A stretch of 64,000 bases of DNA, from the NCBI GenBank assembly GCA_051531995.1, contig JAOPTU010000012.1:28430-92429 (forward strand), written 5' to 3'. This document shows, one piece after another, positions 50,571 through 59,489 of this stretch. The DNA is from Desulfotalea sp. (GTDB taxonomy: Bacteria; Desulfobacterota; Desulfobulbia; Desulfobulbales; Desulfocapsaceae). A program made the position numbers and the translations under genes. Each line of letters starts with the position of its first letter. Position 1 is the first letter of the stretch. The notes beneath the pieces were generated by a model. That model had not been told where the DNA came from, ran no database searches, and saw only the letters and a list, made by a program, of their open reading frames with translations.

Positions 50571-51044
50571 GTGTATACTAGAAACTTCATTTTTGTGTTT
50601 CTGCTTTTCCTACTTCCTAGCCTTTGCTTTGCAAAATATGGGTATAACAGAAAAGACTTTCATTTTAATAGTTACAAGCCATACACCTATACAGGTTGGT
50701 ACACTGGTAAACCCTGTTCTAAAATAGATGTCGACCACGTTGTTTCTTTAAAAGACGCCTACGAGAGTGGTGCTTCAGAATGGACTAGTGAAGAAAAAGC
50801 TAGGTTTGCCAATGATCGATTAAACCATGTCTCATCTTGTGCAAGTGTTAACCGTTCGAAAGGATCGTCTACCCCTAAAGATGTAATTCGCAAAGCAAAT
50901 GACGGGCGTGGTGTCGAATTTGAGTTTATTGATTTATGCAGTTACTTAAAGAAGTATCACAAGGTTAAAACTAAATATGGTTTGTCATTTGATAATAATG
51001 ACAAAGTTGTTTTTGAAAGATGTGATTTTATTATAGCTTTGTAA
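50571..51044 (+). CDS. secreted DUF1524-type HNH/His-Me finger nuclease
   Basis: 157 aa, GTG start with GGAG upstream. Signal peptide MYTRNFIFVFLLFLLPSLCFA. Core IDVDHVVSLKDAYESGASEWT..FANDRLNHV..SVNRSKGSSTP. Confidence 0.65.
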   Translation: MYTRNFIFVFLLFLLPSLCFAKYGYNRKDFHFNSYKPYTYTGWYTGKPCSKIDVDHVVSLKDAYESGASEWTSEEKARFANDRLNHVSSCASVNRSKGSSTPKDVIRKANDGRGVEFEFIDLCSYLKKYHKVKTKYGLSFDNNDKVVFERCDFIIAL

Positions 51045-51146
51045 AGGAAATTTTTAGTGTCTGTGATTTTGAATAAAAATGTAAAAAAACGATATAATCG
51101 TAAGATTGCATTATGTTTACCAACTAAAAAATTAAAGGAGCCATTA

Positions 51147-52052
51147 ATGGGAAGTTCCGAACAGTATACTATAGAAGTACCATATCGAATAAAATATACG
51201 AACAAAGATCCTGTTCCTGTTAAGGAACTTATCAAATCATTGGAATCTTATGAGAAACTTCTCTGTAGAACGGTTCCATTTGTTACCAGTGTATGTAATG
51301 GAGCTGAAATTGTAGATATACAGGTTTATGTAAACAAAGTGCAATCCGGTAGCTTACTAGAAGATTTCTTGGTAAAAGTTGTTTTTAAAGATAAGGACAA
51401 CTATGAAAAAGCTTTAGAGGTTGGTGCAAAAATGTTTGATAAAAACGCTGTAATAACAAGTGCTGTTTGTGTCGGTGTTGCCGCCTATATTAGTCTTGGT
51501 GTCTATAATGCTTGTGTTAATAGTGGGAACAAACAGCAACCTATAAGTATCAATGCATACAACGGGGCTATTGTTCAGACTGGCGGCACAATGAATATTC
51601 CAGAAGATCTAATTAATGATATAGTAAATAAAACAAATGACAAGGCGGCTCTTACCAAAGAAGTGTTGGGGGTAATTGCTCCAGCTCAATTAGAAGAAGG
51701 TGCGATTATTGAGGTAGGTGAGCTGGAAACTTTGAACATCCCAAATGATGTTATTATTGATACACCACGTGACTATGTCCCTCCCGAAAAGTTTTTAGAG
51801 AATGAAACTCTTATTAAGGTAAAAATATTAATATCAGCAAGCGACAAAGATAAACATGCTAGGTGGGCTGGTGTTGTTCCAGGTCATGTAGAGAAAAGAA
51901 TAGACTTTGTGCTGAATGAAGCAATTAGCCCATCTCGCCACCATGGCAAATTGGAGGCCTTTGCAGATATAATAATTACCAGTGAAAGAAAAAATAAGGA
52001 TAAAGAATTGCTTCCCAAAAAAATAGAGATAATAAAATTTTACTCAAACTAG
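51147..52052 (+). CDS. single-pass membrane protein, unknown family
   Basis: 301 aa from an ATG with AAGGAG and a 6-nt spacer; the track ORF starts at an upstream GTG. One central hydrophobic helix AVITSAVCVGVAAYISLGVY. No motif recognised. Confidence 0.5.
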   Translation: MGSSEQYTIEVPYRIKYTNKDPVPVKELIKSLESYEKLLCRTVPFVTSVCNGAEIVDIQVYVNKVQSGSLLEDFLVKVVFKDKDNYEKALEVGAKMFDKNAVITSAVCVGVAAYISLGVYNACVNSGNKQQPISINAYNGAIVQTGGTMNIPEDLINDIVNKTNDKAALTKEVLGVIAPAQLEEGAIIEVGELETLNIPNDVIIDTPRDYVPPEKFLENETLIKVKILISASDKDKHARWAGVVPGHVEKRIDFVLNEAISPSRHHGKLEAFADIIITSERKNKDKELLPKKIEIIKFYSN

Positions 52053-52063
52053 AGTGTCTTTTG

Positions 52064-52885
52064 TTACCCCATCAGCCCCTTAACCCTGCCATTATGCACA
52101 CCTACCTCACCCGCTTTTTCTGATATAGGGCCGCTTTCATTTGGCTTTTCGGTGGTGGGGTGGGAATGATCCGCAATTATTTGTAGTGCTAGTTTCACAT
52201 CTTCAATAGCCCCTGTAAGTTCCTGCAGTAAATTGGCTCCTTCACCACCAGGGGCCTTTATCGTAATAAGCGGTGCTTCTAGTAAAATATTAGTACCAGC
52301 CTTTATGCTTTTGCTTGTTCCAACTTCCTCACTACTATTAGCCCCTGCTTTTTCTGTTACATTACTTCCAGCAGAACGAACAAGATTTTGCCCCGCATCA
52401 TGGCTTATATTTCCACCAGCTTTATCCGTAATATTTGTATCAGTTTCTCGGTTCCAATCGCCTGAAGGATTAACAGTTTGAAATACACCGGGTTTTTGTT
52501 GCCACCTTGCCATATTATCCGGCACCGCTGGTAGCTTTAAGCCCATAGGGTAAACATGCTGAATAACAGGGTGGGCCGGGTTGCCCTCAATCCAGCGCAC
52601 CGTTACAATTGTTCCGGGGCGTGGATACATGAAAAAACCTTCTTCATTTCCACCCATGGGCAAGGGTAGGGGGACTGCTTCATATATGGGCAAATCAGTA
52701 ACACGGTTGCCGTTTACGTCAACAATCTCAATATCAGCGGCGAACATTGGTTCCATCCTGTCGCAAGTTTCACCGCCCGTTGGTGGGTTGGCAATTTTGA
52801 CAATCCGGGCATAACGGTCAAGATGGTACCCGTCTGCAAGTTCGGGGAACATTCTTCTTACAATGCGTCCAATTGCGTTTCGCAT
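52064..52885 (-). CDS. baseplate central spike (gpV/gp5-like)
   Basis: 273 aa. OB-fold-like PRPGTIVTVRWIEGNPAHPVI. Repetitive beta-helix AGGNISHDAGQNLVRSAGSNVTEKAGAN. C-terminal HSH motif like the spike-apex HxH. Confidence 0.6.
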   Translation of the reverse strand: MRNAIGRIVRRMFPELADGYHLDRYARIVKIANPPTGGETCDRMEPMFAADIEIVDVNGNRVTDLPIYEAVPLPLPMGGNEEGFFMYPRPGTIVTVRWIEGNPAHPVIQHVYPMGLKLPAVPDNMARWQQKPGVFQTVNPSGDWNRETDTNITDKAGGNISHDAGQNLVRSAGSNVTEKAGANSSEEVGTSKSIKAGTNILLEAPLITIKAPGGEGANLLQELTGAIEDVKLALQIIADHSHPTTEKPNESGPISEKAGEVGVHNGRVKGLMG

Positions 52886-53541
52886 TTCACCACCATTTCG
52901 TGTCCTATAAGTTGAATAGCTGTTATAAAATTATCGTTTATTTTCATACCGGGGCGAAGACCGGGTACAACGGCTATTGTTTTGGTTCCGTCTAGTTGAA
53001 CATCTGTAAAAAGTTCTTCCGGAACAGGCACATTACAGTCGGGCCACTTGCTATCTTGCCATGATCCGACATATACAACCCCGTCCTCTTGTTGCTGCCA
53101 TATATATTCATCAATACCAAAAACCCTACCTAGTGAGTCTAGGCCGTGGATTCCGTTGCCCATTGTTTGAAATACCGGCACGGGTGTTTCGCCACCTTCA
53201 GACCTGAATTGCAGGCCTGTCTTTCTACTGTAAATAGAAAGCACATCAGCCAAACTTACCCTACGTGCTGAAACGGGAATTTTGTTCCACAACACGGCTG
53301 TTAGTTCGCGACAAAAGATTCTTTGTTGTTTGGCATCCACGGTTATTGATTTTTCAATATATCCCGTGAAAAAATTCACCATGCTAGTTGTGCCCACCAT
53401 GAAATCGACCACGCCAGAAAGGGCAGATTTAGCCTGCACAGTAAAATCAGCCCTGCCGGGTGTCGATATGTCAATTGCGGTATGATCTTTCACTAGGGGC
53501 AATGACTGGTCGTTCACAGTGATATTTTTGTTTATCTTCAT
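52858..53541 (-). CDS. putative baseplate/hub protein
   Basis: 227 aa, tightly coupled upstream of the spike gene. Called by position only. Confidence 0.3.
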   Translation of the reverse strand: MKINKNITVNDQSLPLVKDHTAIDISTPGRADFTVQAKSALSGVVDFMVGTTSMVNFFTGYIEKSITVDAKQQRIFCRELTAVLWNKIPVSARRVSLADVLSIYSRKTGLQFRSEGGETPVPVFQTMGNGIHGLDSLGRVFGIDEYIWQQQEDGVVYVGSWQDSKWPDCNVPVPEELFTDVQLDGTKTIAVVPGLRPGMKINDNFITAIQLIGHEMVVKCETQLDAL

Positions 53542-54018
53542 TTAACGACCGCCTAAACCTAAAGACCTTACTTTGTCCAGAACATCAGCATGTTTACTTG
53601 CATTACTGGTTTTTGGTGCTGATGTTTGCCGTTTTTCGGCTCGTTCTGGATTTGATAAATGCTCCTGCAGGGCAAAACTAATTTCCCATTGCTGAAGGCT
53701 TTCGGCTTCGGGCCAACTAATGTTTTCGGAAAAAACGACTTGCCTCACACCAGCAACGTTGGCGGTGGGGTGGGTTATCATATAAATAACACCTTCACCC
53801 TTGTCGTCTTTCGCCTCGGCTGTTTTTATAAGATCACGTAATGCGTCGGGCTTATTAAAGGGAATTGCCAGCGAAACTCTAAGCACTTTAGGGCTTATAC
53901 CTTTCTCGGCTCGTTCGGTGCCAGAAGTTTCCCCGGCAATATCTTCAGCACGGAATGCCATTGAACCAGTTACTTTAAGGTTGTGCCCTGGTACCCGAAA
54001 CTCATTAAGTAATAGCAT
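53542..54018 (-). CDS. putative tail/baseplate protein
   Basis: 158 aa, abuts the next gene with no gap. Called by position only. Confidence 0.3.
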   Translation of the reverse strand: MLLLNEFRVPGHNLKVTGSMAFRAEDIAGETSGTERAEKGISPKVLRVSLAIPFNKPDALRDLIKTAEAKDDKGEGVIYMITHPTANVAGVRQVVFSENISWPEAESLQQWEISFALQEHLSNPERAEKRQTSAPKTSNASKHADVLDKVRSLGLGGR

Positions 54019-54022
54019 GATA

Positions 54023-54796
54023 TTAGTTTGTTTTATAATTTGAGATTAATAATTCAATTCTCTTCTTTTGCCTTGATTTTGCGCCTGGATATATTGTGTA
54101 TTTCAACTCAACTTCCTCAACATTGAAGCCTTTAAAAATCTGTCTTATTTCCGGCGTATCATTAATAGTTAAAAGGAATTTGCCTTTTATATTTTTTAAT
54201 ATCTCGGCTAGGTCTAAAAAGTCTTGTTCTTCAAAATCATTTTTATAAGCCGGTATTTTCCAATATGGCGGGTCTAAGAAAAAGAATGTATGCGGGCGGT
54301 CATATTGTGGGATTAGTTTTCGGAAATCTCTGCATTCTATCTGCACTTGCATAAGCCGTTCCCATGCTTGTTCTAAAGTGTTTTGCAGGGTCAATAGATT
54401 TAAACCCGGTTTTTTAGTTGTGCTTATGCCATACCCTTGTCTTGTGACCTTGCCACCAAAACTATTTTTTTGAATATATAAATATCTTGCGGCTCTTTGT
54501 ATATCTGTTAGCGTTTCTGGGTTTGTTTCTTTATTACGGTTAAATTCCGACCGAGACACTAACGAAAATTTAAACTGTCTATATAGTTCTTCAGGGTGGT
54601 GTTTTACTGACCTATAAAGCGTAACTAGGTCATTGTCTAAATCGTTAATAACTTCTAAGTGAGATGGTTCTTTGCCAAAAAAGACACTAGCACCACCGGC
54701 GAACACTTCCACATAACAACCATGTTCCGGCATTTTACTAATTATTGTTTTTGCAAGTCTCGATTTTCCACCAAAATATGGGATAATTCCTGTCAT
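54023..54796 (-). CDS. dam: DNA N6-adenine methyltransferase (D12/Dam class), orphan
   Basis: 257 aa. YFGGKSRLA, EVFAGGASVFF (SAM binding), LDPPYW catalytic motif. No adjacent restriction gene. Confidence 0.85.
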   Translation of the reverse strand: MTGIIPYFGGKSRLAKTIISKMPEHGCYVEVFAGGASVFFGKEPSHLEVINDLDNDLVTLYRSVKHHPEELYRQFKFSLVSRSEFNRNKETNPETLTDIQRAARYLYIQKNSFGGKVTRQGYGISTTKKPGLNLLTLQNTLEQAWERLMQVQIECRDFRKLIPQYDRPHTFFFLDPPYWKIPAYKNDFEEQDFLDLAEILKNIKGKFLLTINDTPEIRQIFKGFNVEEVELKYTIYPGAKSRQKKRIELLISNYKTN

Positions 54797-54977
54797 TATA
54801 AACCTTTACTAAATATAGGGCGTCTGCTAGATTTCCTTCCGTGCTGATTCCAAGCATAAGGTTTTCTAAGCAGGTGAACCCTGTCAACTTCCATCCGTGT
54901 TCAAGCACAGTTGGCGGTTGGGGGATGTTTGCGCATCCCCGATTCCGTTTTTCAATTACTTCTCACTAGCTGTAAAG

Positions 54978-55253
54978 TCAGTGATCTTGCATCAACTTCT
55001 GTTCATCCACCCAACTCTTTGCCCTTGCTAATTCAGCACGACAATCATTTCCAGAAGCCTCAGAGCGCAAAATAAATTCTGCTACTTCGCCGCCTGTCAT
55101 TGCTATTGGCAACGATGGTGGATCATCACAAGCAAGCTCAAAAGGCGGGTAAACTGGAACTCTATTCGTTACCGTTTTCAGCACCGTTTCGGTTTTCCCG
55201 CACGATGTCAAAAGCGGCAACAGTAGAAGGATGAACAGGGCAATCTTTTTCAT
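54978..55253 (-). CDS. outer-membrane spanin (Rz1-like lipoprotein)
   Basis: 91 aa. Lipobox LTSC, Pro-rich mature part. The start is embedded in the 3' part of the Rz-like gene in another frame. Confidence 0.6.
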   Translation of the reverse strand: MKKIALFILLLLPLLTSCGKTETVLKTVTNRVPVYPPFELACDDPPSLPIAMTGGEVAEFILRSEASGNDCRAELARAKSWVDEQKLMQDH

Positions 55254-55611
55254 TTGCTGGCCTCTCTATGTTTTTAATTATCGCTATTTGGCTTGATAAC
55301 TTTTCTATTTTTTTTATCTTTTTTTTGTAATGGTCTCGCTGATCCGCAAGGGCAACGGTATGCTGCTCTTCTTGGAGCTGAAGCTTTTTATCTTTTGTAT
55401 TATTCAAAACGGCAAGACGTTTAATCTCTGTCTGATTTTTTTCGGCCTCCAATTCATAGCGAATATTGTCGGCTTTAGCGGTTTGATAATCTGACCATAA
55501 ACATTTGCCCGCAAGACCAAGGCCAAGCACAAACAAGGCAACACCAACGGTAATGGCTATATTCATTTTTGAACTGAATAAGCCAGTTACTAAATTCCAA
55601 ATCATTGACAT
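55162..55611 (-). CDS. inner-membrane spanin (Rz-like)
   Basis: 149 aa. N-terminal TM then coiled coil. Immediately downstream of the endolysin. Confidence 0.6.
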   Translation of the reverse strand: MSMIWNLVTGLFSSKMNIAITVGVALFVLGLGLAGKCLWSDYQTAKADNIRYELEAEKNQTEIKRLAVLNNTKDKKLQLQEEQHTVALADQRDHYKKKIKKIEKLSSQIAIIKNIERPANEKDCPVHPSTVAAFDIVRENRNGAENGNE

Positions 55612-56243
55612 ATATTTTCCCCCCAGCCTGCAGCAATATAAGTAGGGGCATGTTTTTTTATTATCAAAATTGGATACATGCGGTTTTCTCGTTTGGCACT
55701 TTTCTTTCGTCCGGCATTAACCAAACCAACATCTTTATAATTTTTCGGGTCTAGTCCTTTTTTAATAGCCAATTTTTGATCACGACGTACCCAAGATTCC
55801 CCACCATTATATGCCATGGTTGTAAGGCCAAACTTGTTACATGGATCATTCGCCCTGGCTCGGTCATATAACCATTTCATATATGAGGCTTGGGCACGAA
55901 AAGCCCATGTAGGATTGGTGACTTTAGGAACACCAAGGCCGGCCTTTTTGCTCCACCATTTCGCTGTTGCAGGCATAAATTGGCTTAGTCCTTCAGCCCC
56001 GGCCCAACTCTTTGCGGTAGGGTTCCAGTTGCTTTCCTGTTGAACCTGTCCAGCTAAGTACGGAATTGGAGCATCAAGGCCCCAATAAACATGAGCCGAT
56101 CGCACCAGCAATCGGTGGTATTTCTTTGCCACTCGAGGCACCTGTTTTGTTTCAGCTGCACAAACCGATTGATTAAAACAAAAAGATATTGGCAGGATGA
56201 AAAGCATTAAGAATATCAAAATATATGGTTTTGAATTCTTCAT
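55602..56243 (-). CDS. lytic transglycosylase endolysin (SLT domain) with N-terminal signal/SAR sequence
   Basis: 213 aa. VQQESNWNP (catalytic Glu), GAEGLSQFMPATA. Hydrophobic N-terminus YILIFLMLFILPISFCF. Confidence 0.8.
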   Translation of the reverse strand: MKNSKPYILIFLMLFILPISFCFNQSVCAAETKQVPRVAKKYHRLLVRSAHVYWGLDAPIPYLAGQVQQESNWNPTAKSWAGAEGLSQFMPATAKWWSKKAGLGVPKVTNPTWAFRAQASYMKWLYDRARANDPCNKFGLTTMAYNGGESWVRRDQKLAIKKGLDPKNYKDVGLVNAGRKKSAKRENRMYPILIIKKHAPTYIAAGWGENICQ

Positions 56244-56584
56244 TACAGCCCCAAAGCAAAACCGAGTGCTAAACCAACAACAACTACAGCACGGCGAGTA
56301 AACGAAAAAACAAAAACCGTTTCATAACCAGGGCAAACAGGATAGTCAGCCACACCTTTGATAAATAATGATTTATTTTCCTGCCATGGATTCATCAAGT
56401 ATCCGGCTGGCCGTGAATACGGAAATAGATAAAAATCTAACCACCAGCCCAGGGTAGCTCCCGTGCAAACCAGAACCATTTTATAAAAGAGAACCCCTGC
56501 ATCAACTGGCAACACCAGCAAAAGCAATAAAACTAAATACAACGATAGGCAGACAATTTTGGTTAGTCTTTTTGGTAATTTCAT
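56243..56584 (-). CDS. holin candidate (3 TM)
   Basis: 113 aa, three hydrophobic helices, directly upstream of and overlapping the endolysin start. Confidence 0.45.
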   Translation of the reverse strand: MKLPKRLTKIVCLSLYLVLLLLLVLPVDAGVLFYKMVLVCTGATLGWWLDFYLFPYSRPAGYLMNPWQENKSLFIKGVADYPVCPGYETVFVFSFTRRAVVVVGLALGFALGL

Positions 56585-56585
56585 T

Positions 56586-56873
56586 TTAATAATCCTTTTT
56601 TAATATTGCCCTAATTCGCCAGAACCAACCAAAAGTTGAGGTGCCAACGAACATGAGAGGTGGGGCAACATATCGACCCCATAAAACTTTCCACAATTTA
56701 TCTGAGTTTTTCGGGCTATAACTTGAAGCCCACACGCAATAGGCCAGCCACCAGTTTTGGCGAATCCAAGAAACTTTTTCATCCGGGGCCGTTTCATCAT
56801 GCGATTTACAACAATCGGAATACCAAAGGTCAGGCCACCAGGTGCAATAGTCTTCAGTCATGTTATTCACCAA
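56586..56873 (-). CDS. small Trp/Cys-rich membrane-anchored protein with CCxxHD motif
   Basis: 95 aa. YCTWWPDLWYSDCCKSHDE and a C-terminal hydrophobic helix. First gene of the lysis block. Confidence 0.4.
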   Translation of the reverse strand: MVNNMTEDYCTWWPDLWYSDCCKSHDETAPDEKVSWIRQNWWLAYCVWASSYSPKNSDKLWKVLWGRYVAPPLMFVGTSTFGWFWRIRAILKKDY

Positions 56874-57435
56874 AAATAAGGGTAATTGGGTTCAGCTCTT
56901 CTTCTGTCGTGCAATCGTCTATCTCTTTTTCTTTTGCTCGAAGCCAAGAAAAACAAACAGAATAGTGAAGAGCTAAGGCACTAGCGACATCTGCTAGTAA
57001 AGCTGCATTCATCGTTACCCAGCAACCCGCACTAGCTTTGTAATCCTTGATTTCTAAAGTGGGGTGGTCTTTGAACTGTTTATCTAAAGACAAGTACATT
57101 GTCTGTGCGGCATTATCAGAGTCAAACAATTTGCCACCGACATCAAAACCACCATCACGGATGCGATTTTTCTCGGTCTGGGCATCTTCTTTTTTTGCTG
57201 TTTTTTGATCAATTAGGCATTTGGCTAGGTCAGGTTGAAGCACACCACTAGCATCAGGTTTAGCTAGGTAGTGCGGATATTTTTTCCCATCCTCCTGGAG
57301 CGACAGTAGATCAGTTGGCTTATAAGGATAACCTGGTCTATTAGCCCACTCAGTATCAGATAAAGACGTAGCTCCAGGAGGTAATTCTTTGACTGTATCA
57401 TCGTTTACCCACATTCCTTCAAAATAGTATTTCAT
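56863..57435 (-). CDS. tail fibre assembly / DUF4376-like protein
   Basis: Start at ATG 57435, 2 nt after the fibre stop. Position downstream of the fibre gene. The C-terminal half resembles DUF4376. Confidence 0.45.
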   Translation of the reverse strand: MKYYFEGMWVNDDTVKELPPGATSLSDTEWANRPGYPYKPTDLLSLQEDGKKYPHYLAKPDASGVLQPDLAKCLIDQKTAKKEDAQTEKNRIRDGGFDVGGKLFDSDNAAQTMYLSLDKQFKDHPTLEIKDYKASAGCWVTMNAALLADVASALALHYSVCFSWLRAKEKEIDDCTTEEELNPITLIFGE

Positions 57436-57437
57436 AA

Positions 57438-58937
57438 TTATTCTCTCTCGATCCAAAGTTCGGCGAACACCTCGTTATCTGTTATTGCGTTGCCTGCCTG
57501 TTGTCCCAAATCAGCTAGACCAGATGGTGTCTCAATGTAGTGACGAAACTCGAAATCCTTGGGAGATGCATTTTTTATGCGCCCTGCAATTGAAGTTTCG
57601 TTGTTTACATTATCACCCCGATAGGCAAACATTGAACTACCTACAATCTCGACTTGTTCGTCGTTCACATTATATAAAAAGCCCTGATGTCTGTTCGCTG
57701 AGTACGATTGTGCTCTGCCCCTAATGCGAAATCTACCTGCGGGGAGCGTAACCTGATTATCACTATTGAGAGACGCACCAACAATAGTATTGGTAACTAC
57801 GGTATTTAACACTCGGATATTCATGCCTTGGTCTGCAGGCCCACCCATTTGCCCAACAGCTCTTTCATCTCGAACATGCATCATTTGATTGCCAGTAATA
57901 TCAATACCATCAGGAAAAGCCGTTCTGGGCATAGCGTTAACAATAAGTGTCTCATCCTCAATAGATTGAATCTTTCCCCCTACTACATTGACTGCTTTAG
58001 GAATGAATGATGGGCATGGCTCAAGTATTGCGTTGTCCTGGTACCACTTGCCCTCCTTAAAGGCTAAGCCAAGTTCAGACCAGAAAAGGCAATTGGGTTC
58101 GCTGTCTAACCAGGTAACAGTTCCATCTTCATTCACAGATAGCCAGTAAGTGCCATCAGCTATACCCGTGGCATTAATATTCTTCGTCACCGTTTTGCTT
58201 GAAAGGGTGTAGCCTTTTCCTGTTAACCCTTTGGTATAGTAGAAAATGCCGTTGGTGATGTTGAGTTGACCATCTGCATCTAGGGATAATGCTGTTTCCC
58301 CGTTAGCTAGTCCAAAAGAAGATACTAAAGGGTTTAGCTTTATATAATCATGTGCGTCGTCGGCATGTTCTTCCCACTTCTTGGCCTGCTTGTCTGTAAC
58401 ATGCTTGGGGGTTTCACCTGTTTTAGATGGATCAACTATTAAGATCGCATGGGCATTCACTGCGTCTGCTAGGAGTGATGAAAGATTATATTGCCATGTT
58501 TCAGCACTTACGGTTATAGCGGTTATATTTTGCGCATCAACAAACTGAATCATAAAATTACGAGTTATGTTGTTGCCAGTGGTGTTGTTTTGAATATCAG
58601 TTTTGTGCTTTGGGGTTCCTGGGTGGGTGGTGATTGCAATAATATTATCAGTCCCTGTTTCAACAAGGCCAATCCAGTTAAAAGACCAATCACCCAAGTC
58701 AGAGCCTAAAAGAATTGAATATACAACCTGGTCAGGGTTCACATATCCCTGCTTGTCTATATTTGCAGTGTGAACAACTTGCTCTGCTGTGGGCATTGCT
58801 TGCGCACGGTCAACAGCTATGGACGGATCAAGCCCTGGTATAAAGGCCAGCACCATGCGGTCAATTAACAAAGGTGTTCCACCTCCATTTGATTGGGCTA
58901 TACGTGTTTGGCCTATGTTGGTTATTGCACTACTCAT
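57438..58937 (-). CDS. tail fibre protein
   Basis: 499 aa. The N-terminus ITNIGQTRIAQSNGGGTPLLIDRMVLAFIPGLD resembles the phage tail-collar fibre N-domain. Position after the J/I genes. Confidence 0.65.
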   Translation of the reverse strand: MSSAITNIGQTRIAQSNGGGTPLLIDRMVLAFIPGLDPSIAVDRAQAMPTAEQVVHTANIDKQGYVNPDQVVYSILLGSDLGDWSFNWIGLVETGTDNIIAITTHPGTPKHKTDIQNNTTGNNITRNFMIQFVDAQNITAITVSAETWQYNLSSLLADAVNAHAILIVDPSKTGETPKHVTDKQAKKWEEHADDAHDYIKLNPLVSSFGLANGETALSLDADGQLNITNGIFYYTKGLTGKGYTLSSKTVTKNINATGIADGTYWLSVNEDGTVTWLDSEPNCLFWSELGLAFKEGKWYQDNAILEPCPSFIPKAVNVVGGKIQSIEDETLIVNAMPRTAFPDGIDITGNQMMHVRDERAVGQMGGPADQGMNIRVLNTVVTNTIVGASLNSDNQVTLPAGRFRIRGRAQSYSANRHQGFLYNVNDEQVEIVGSSMFAYRGDNVNNETSIAGRIKNASPKDFEFRHYIETPSGLADLGQQAGNAITDNEVFAELWIERE

Positions 58938-58940
58938 CTG

Positions 58941-59489
58941 TTACACCTCAAGAGTTGCGAGTGATGTTATTGTCTCGTTTGAAAATTCTACAATCTGTAA
59001 TTCGACAGGAAGCGGGGTGACTATTTTCCAGCCATACCGACGACAAGTTCGCCCATAATGTTGAATAAGGGTGTCGAGTAGTAGGCTGTTTTCTGCTAGT
59101 TGGGTGTTTGACATGGTGAGGTGGATAATGTCCCAGTCCATCCCATCCATGCGCTCTTCTATTTCGACATATCCAATGCCAAGCCTAGAAAATATTCTTT
59201 TAAAGCCAACAACCGAGCCAGCATCACGGGCGTTTATGTAGGCATAAGCAACACGCAATCTATACAAATATAGAGGCTCATCTTTAAAACGGTCTATGTC
59301 GCGCTGGTAGGCAATAAGTTCAAGGCATGCCTCTGTGCATTTTAGTGGGTCAAGTTGCATGAGTGGCCATTTTGCCCAGCTCTGCAACAACAAGAACCAT
59401 CTGTGGCAGGCCGTTGCCAGCTTTACAATTTCGCCTTTGTTTAGCCAAATAGGAAGGGTAGGCTTTTCCAAGATGGGATCATCCATCAT
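58941..59489 (-). CDS. baseplate wedge protein (gpI-like)
   Basis: 182 aa. ATGA overlap with the J-like gene. Called by position and size. Confidence 0.45.
   Translation of the reverse strand: MMDDPILEKPTLPIWLNKGEIVKLATACHRWFLLLQSWAKWPLMQLDPLKCTEACLELIAYQRDIDRFKDEPLYLYRLRVAYAYINARDAGSVVGFKRIFSRLGIGYVEIEERMDGMDWDIIHLTMSNTQLAENSLLLDTLIQHYGRTCRRYGWKIVTPLPVELQIVEFSNETITSLATLEV

Noticed and set aside
56600-56800. 66-aa alternative-frame ORF inside the 95-aa lysis-block gene
   Set aside because: It is nested on the same strand with no separate RBS. The longer frame abuts its neighbours in the usual coupled fashion.
57438-58937. Diversity-generating retroelement or invertible segment acting on the tail fibre
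   Set aside because: The window contains no reverse transcriptase, no template/variable repeat pair that I could see, and no Gin/Cin-type invertase.
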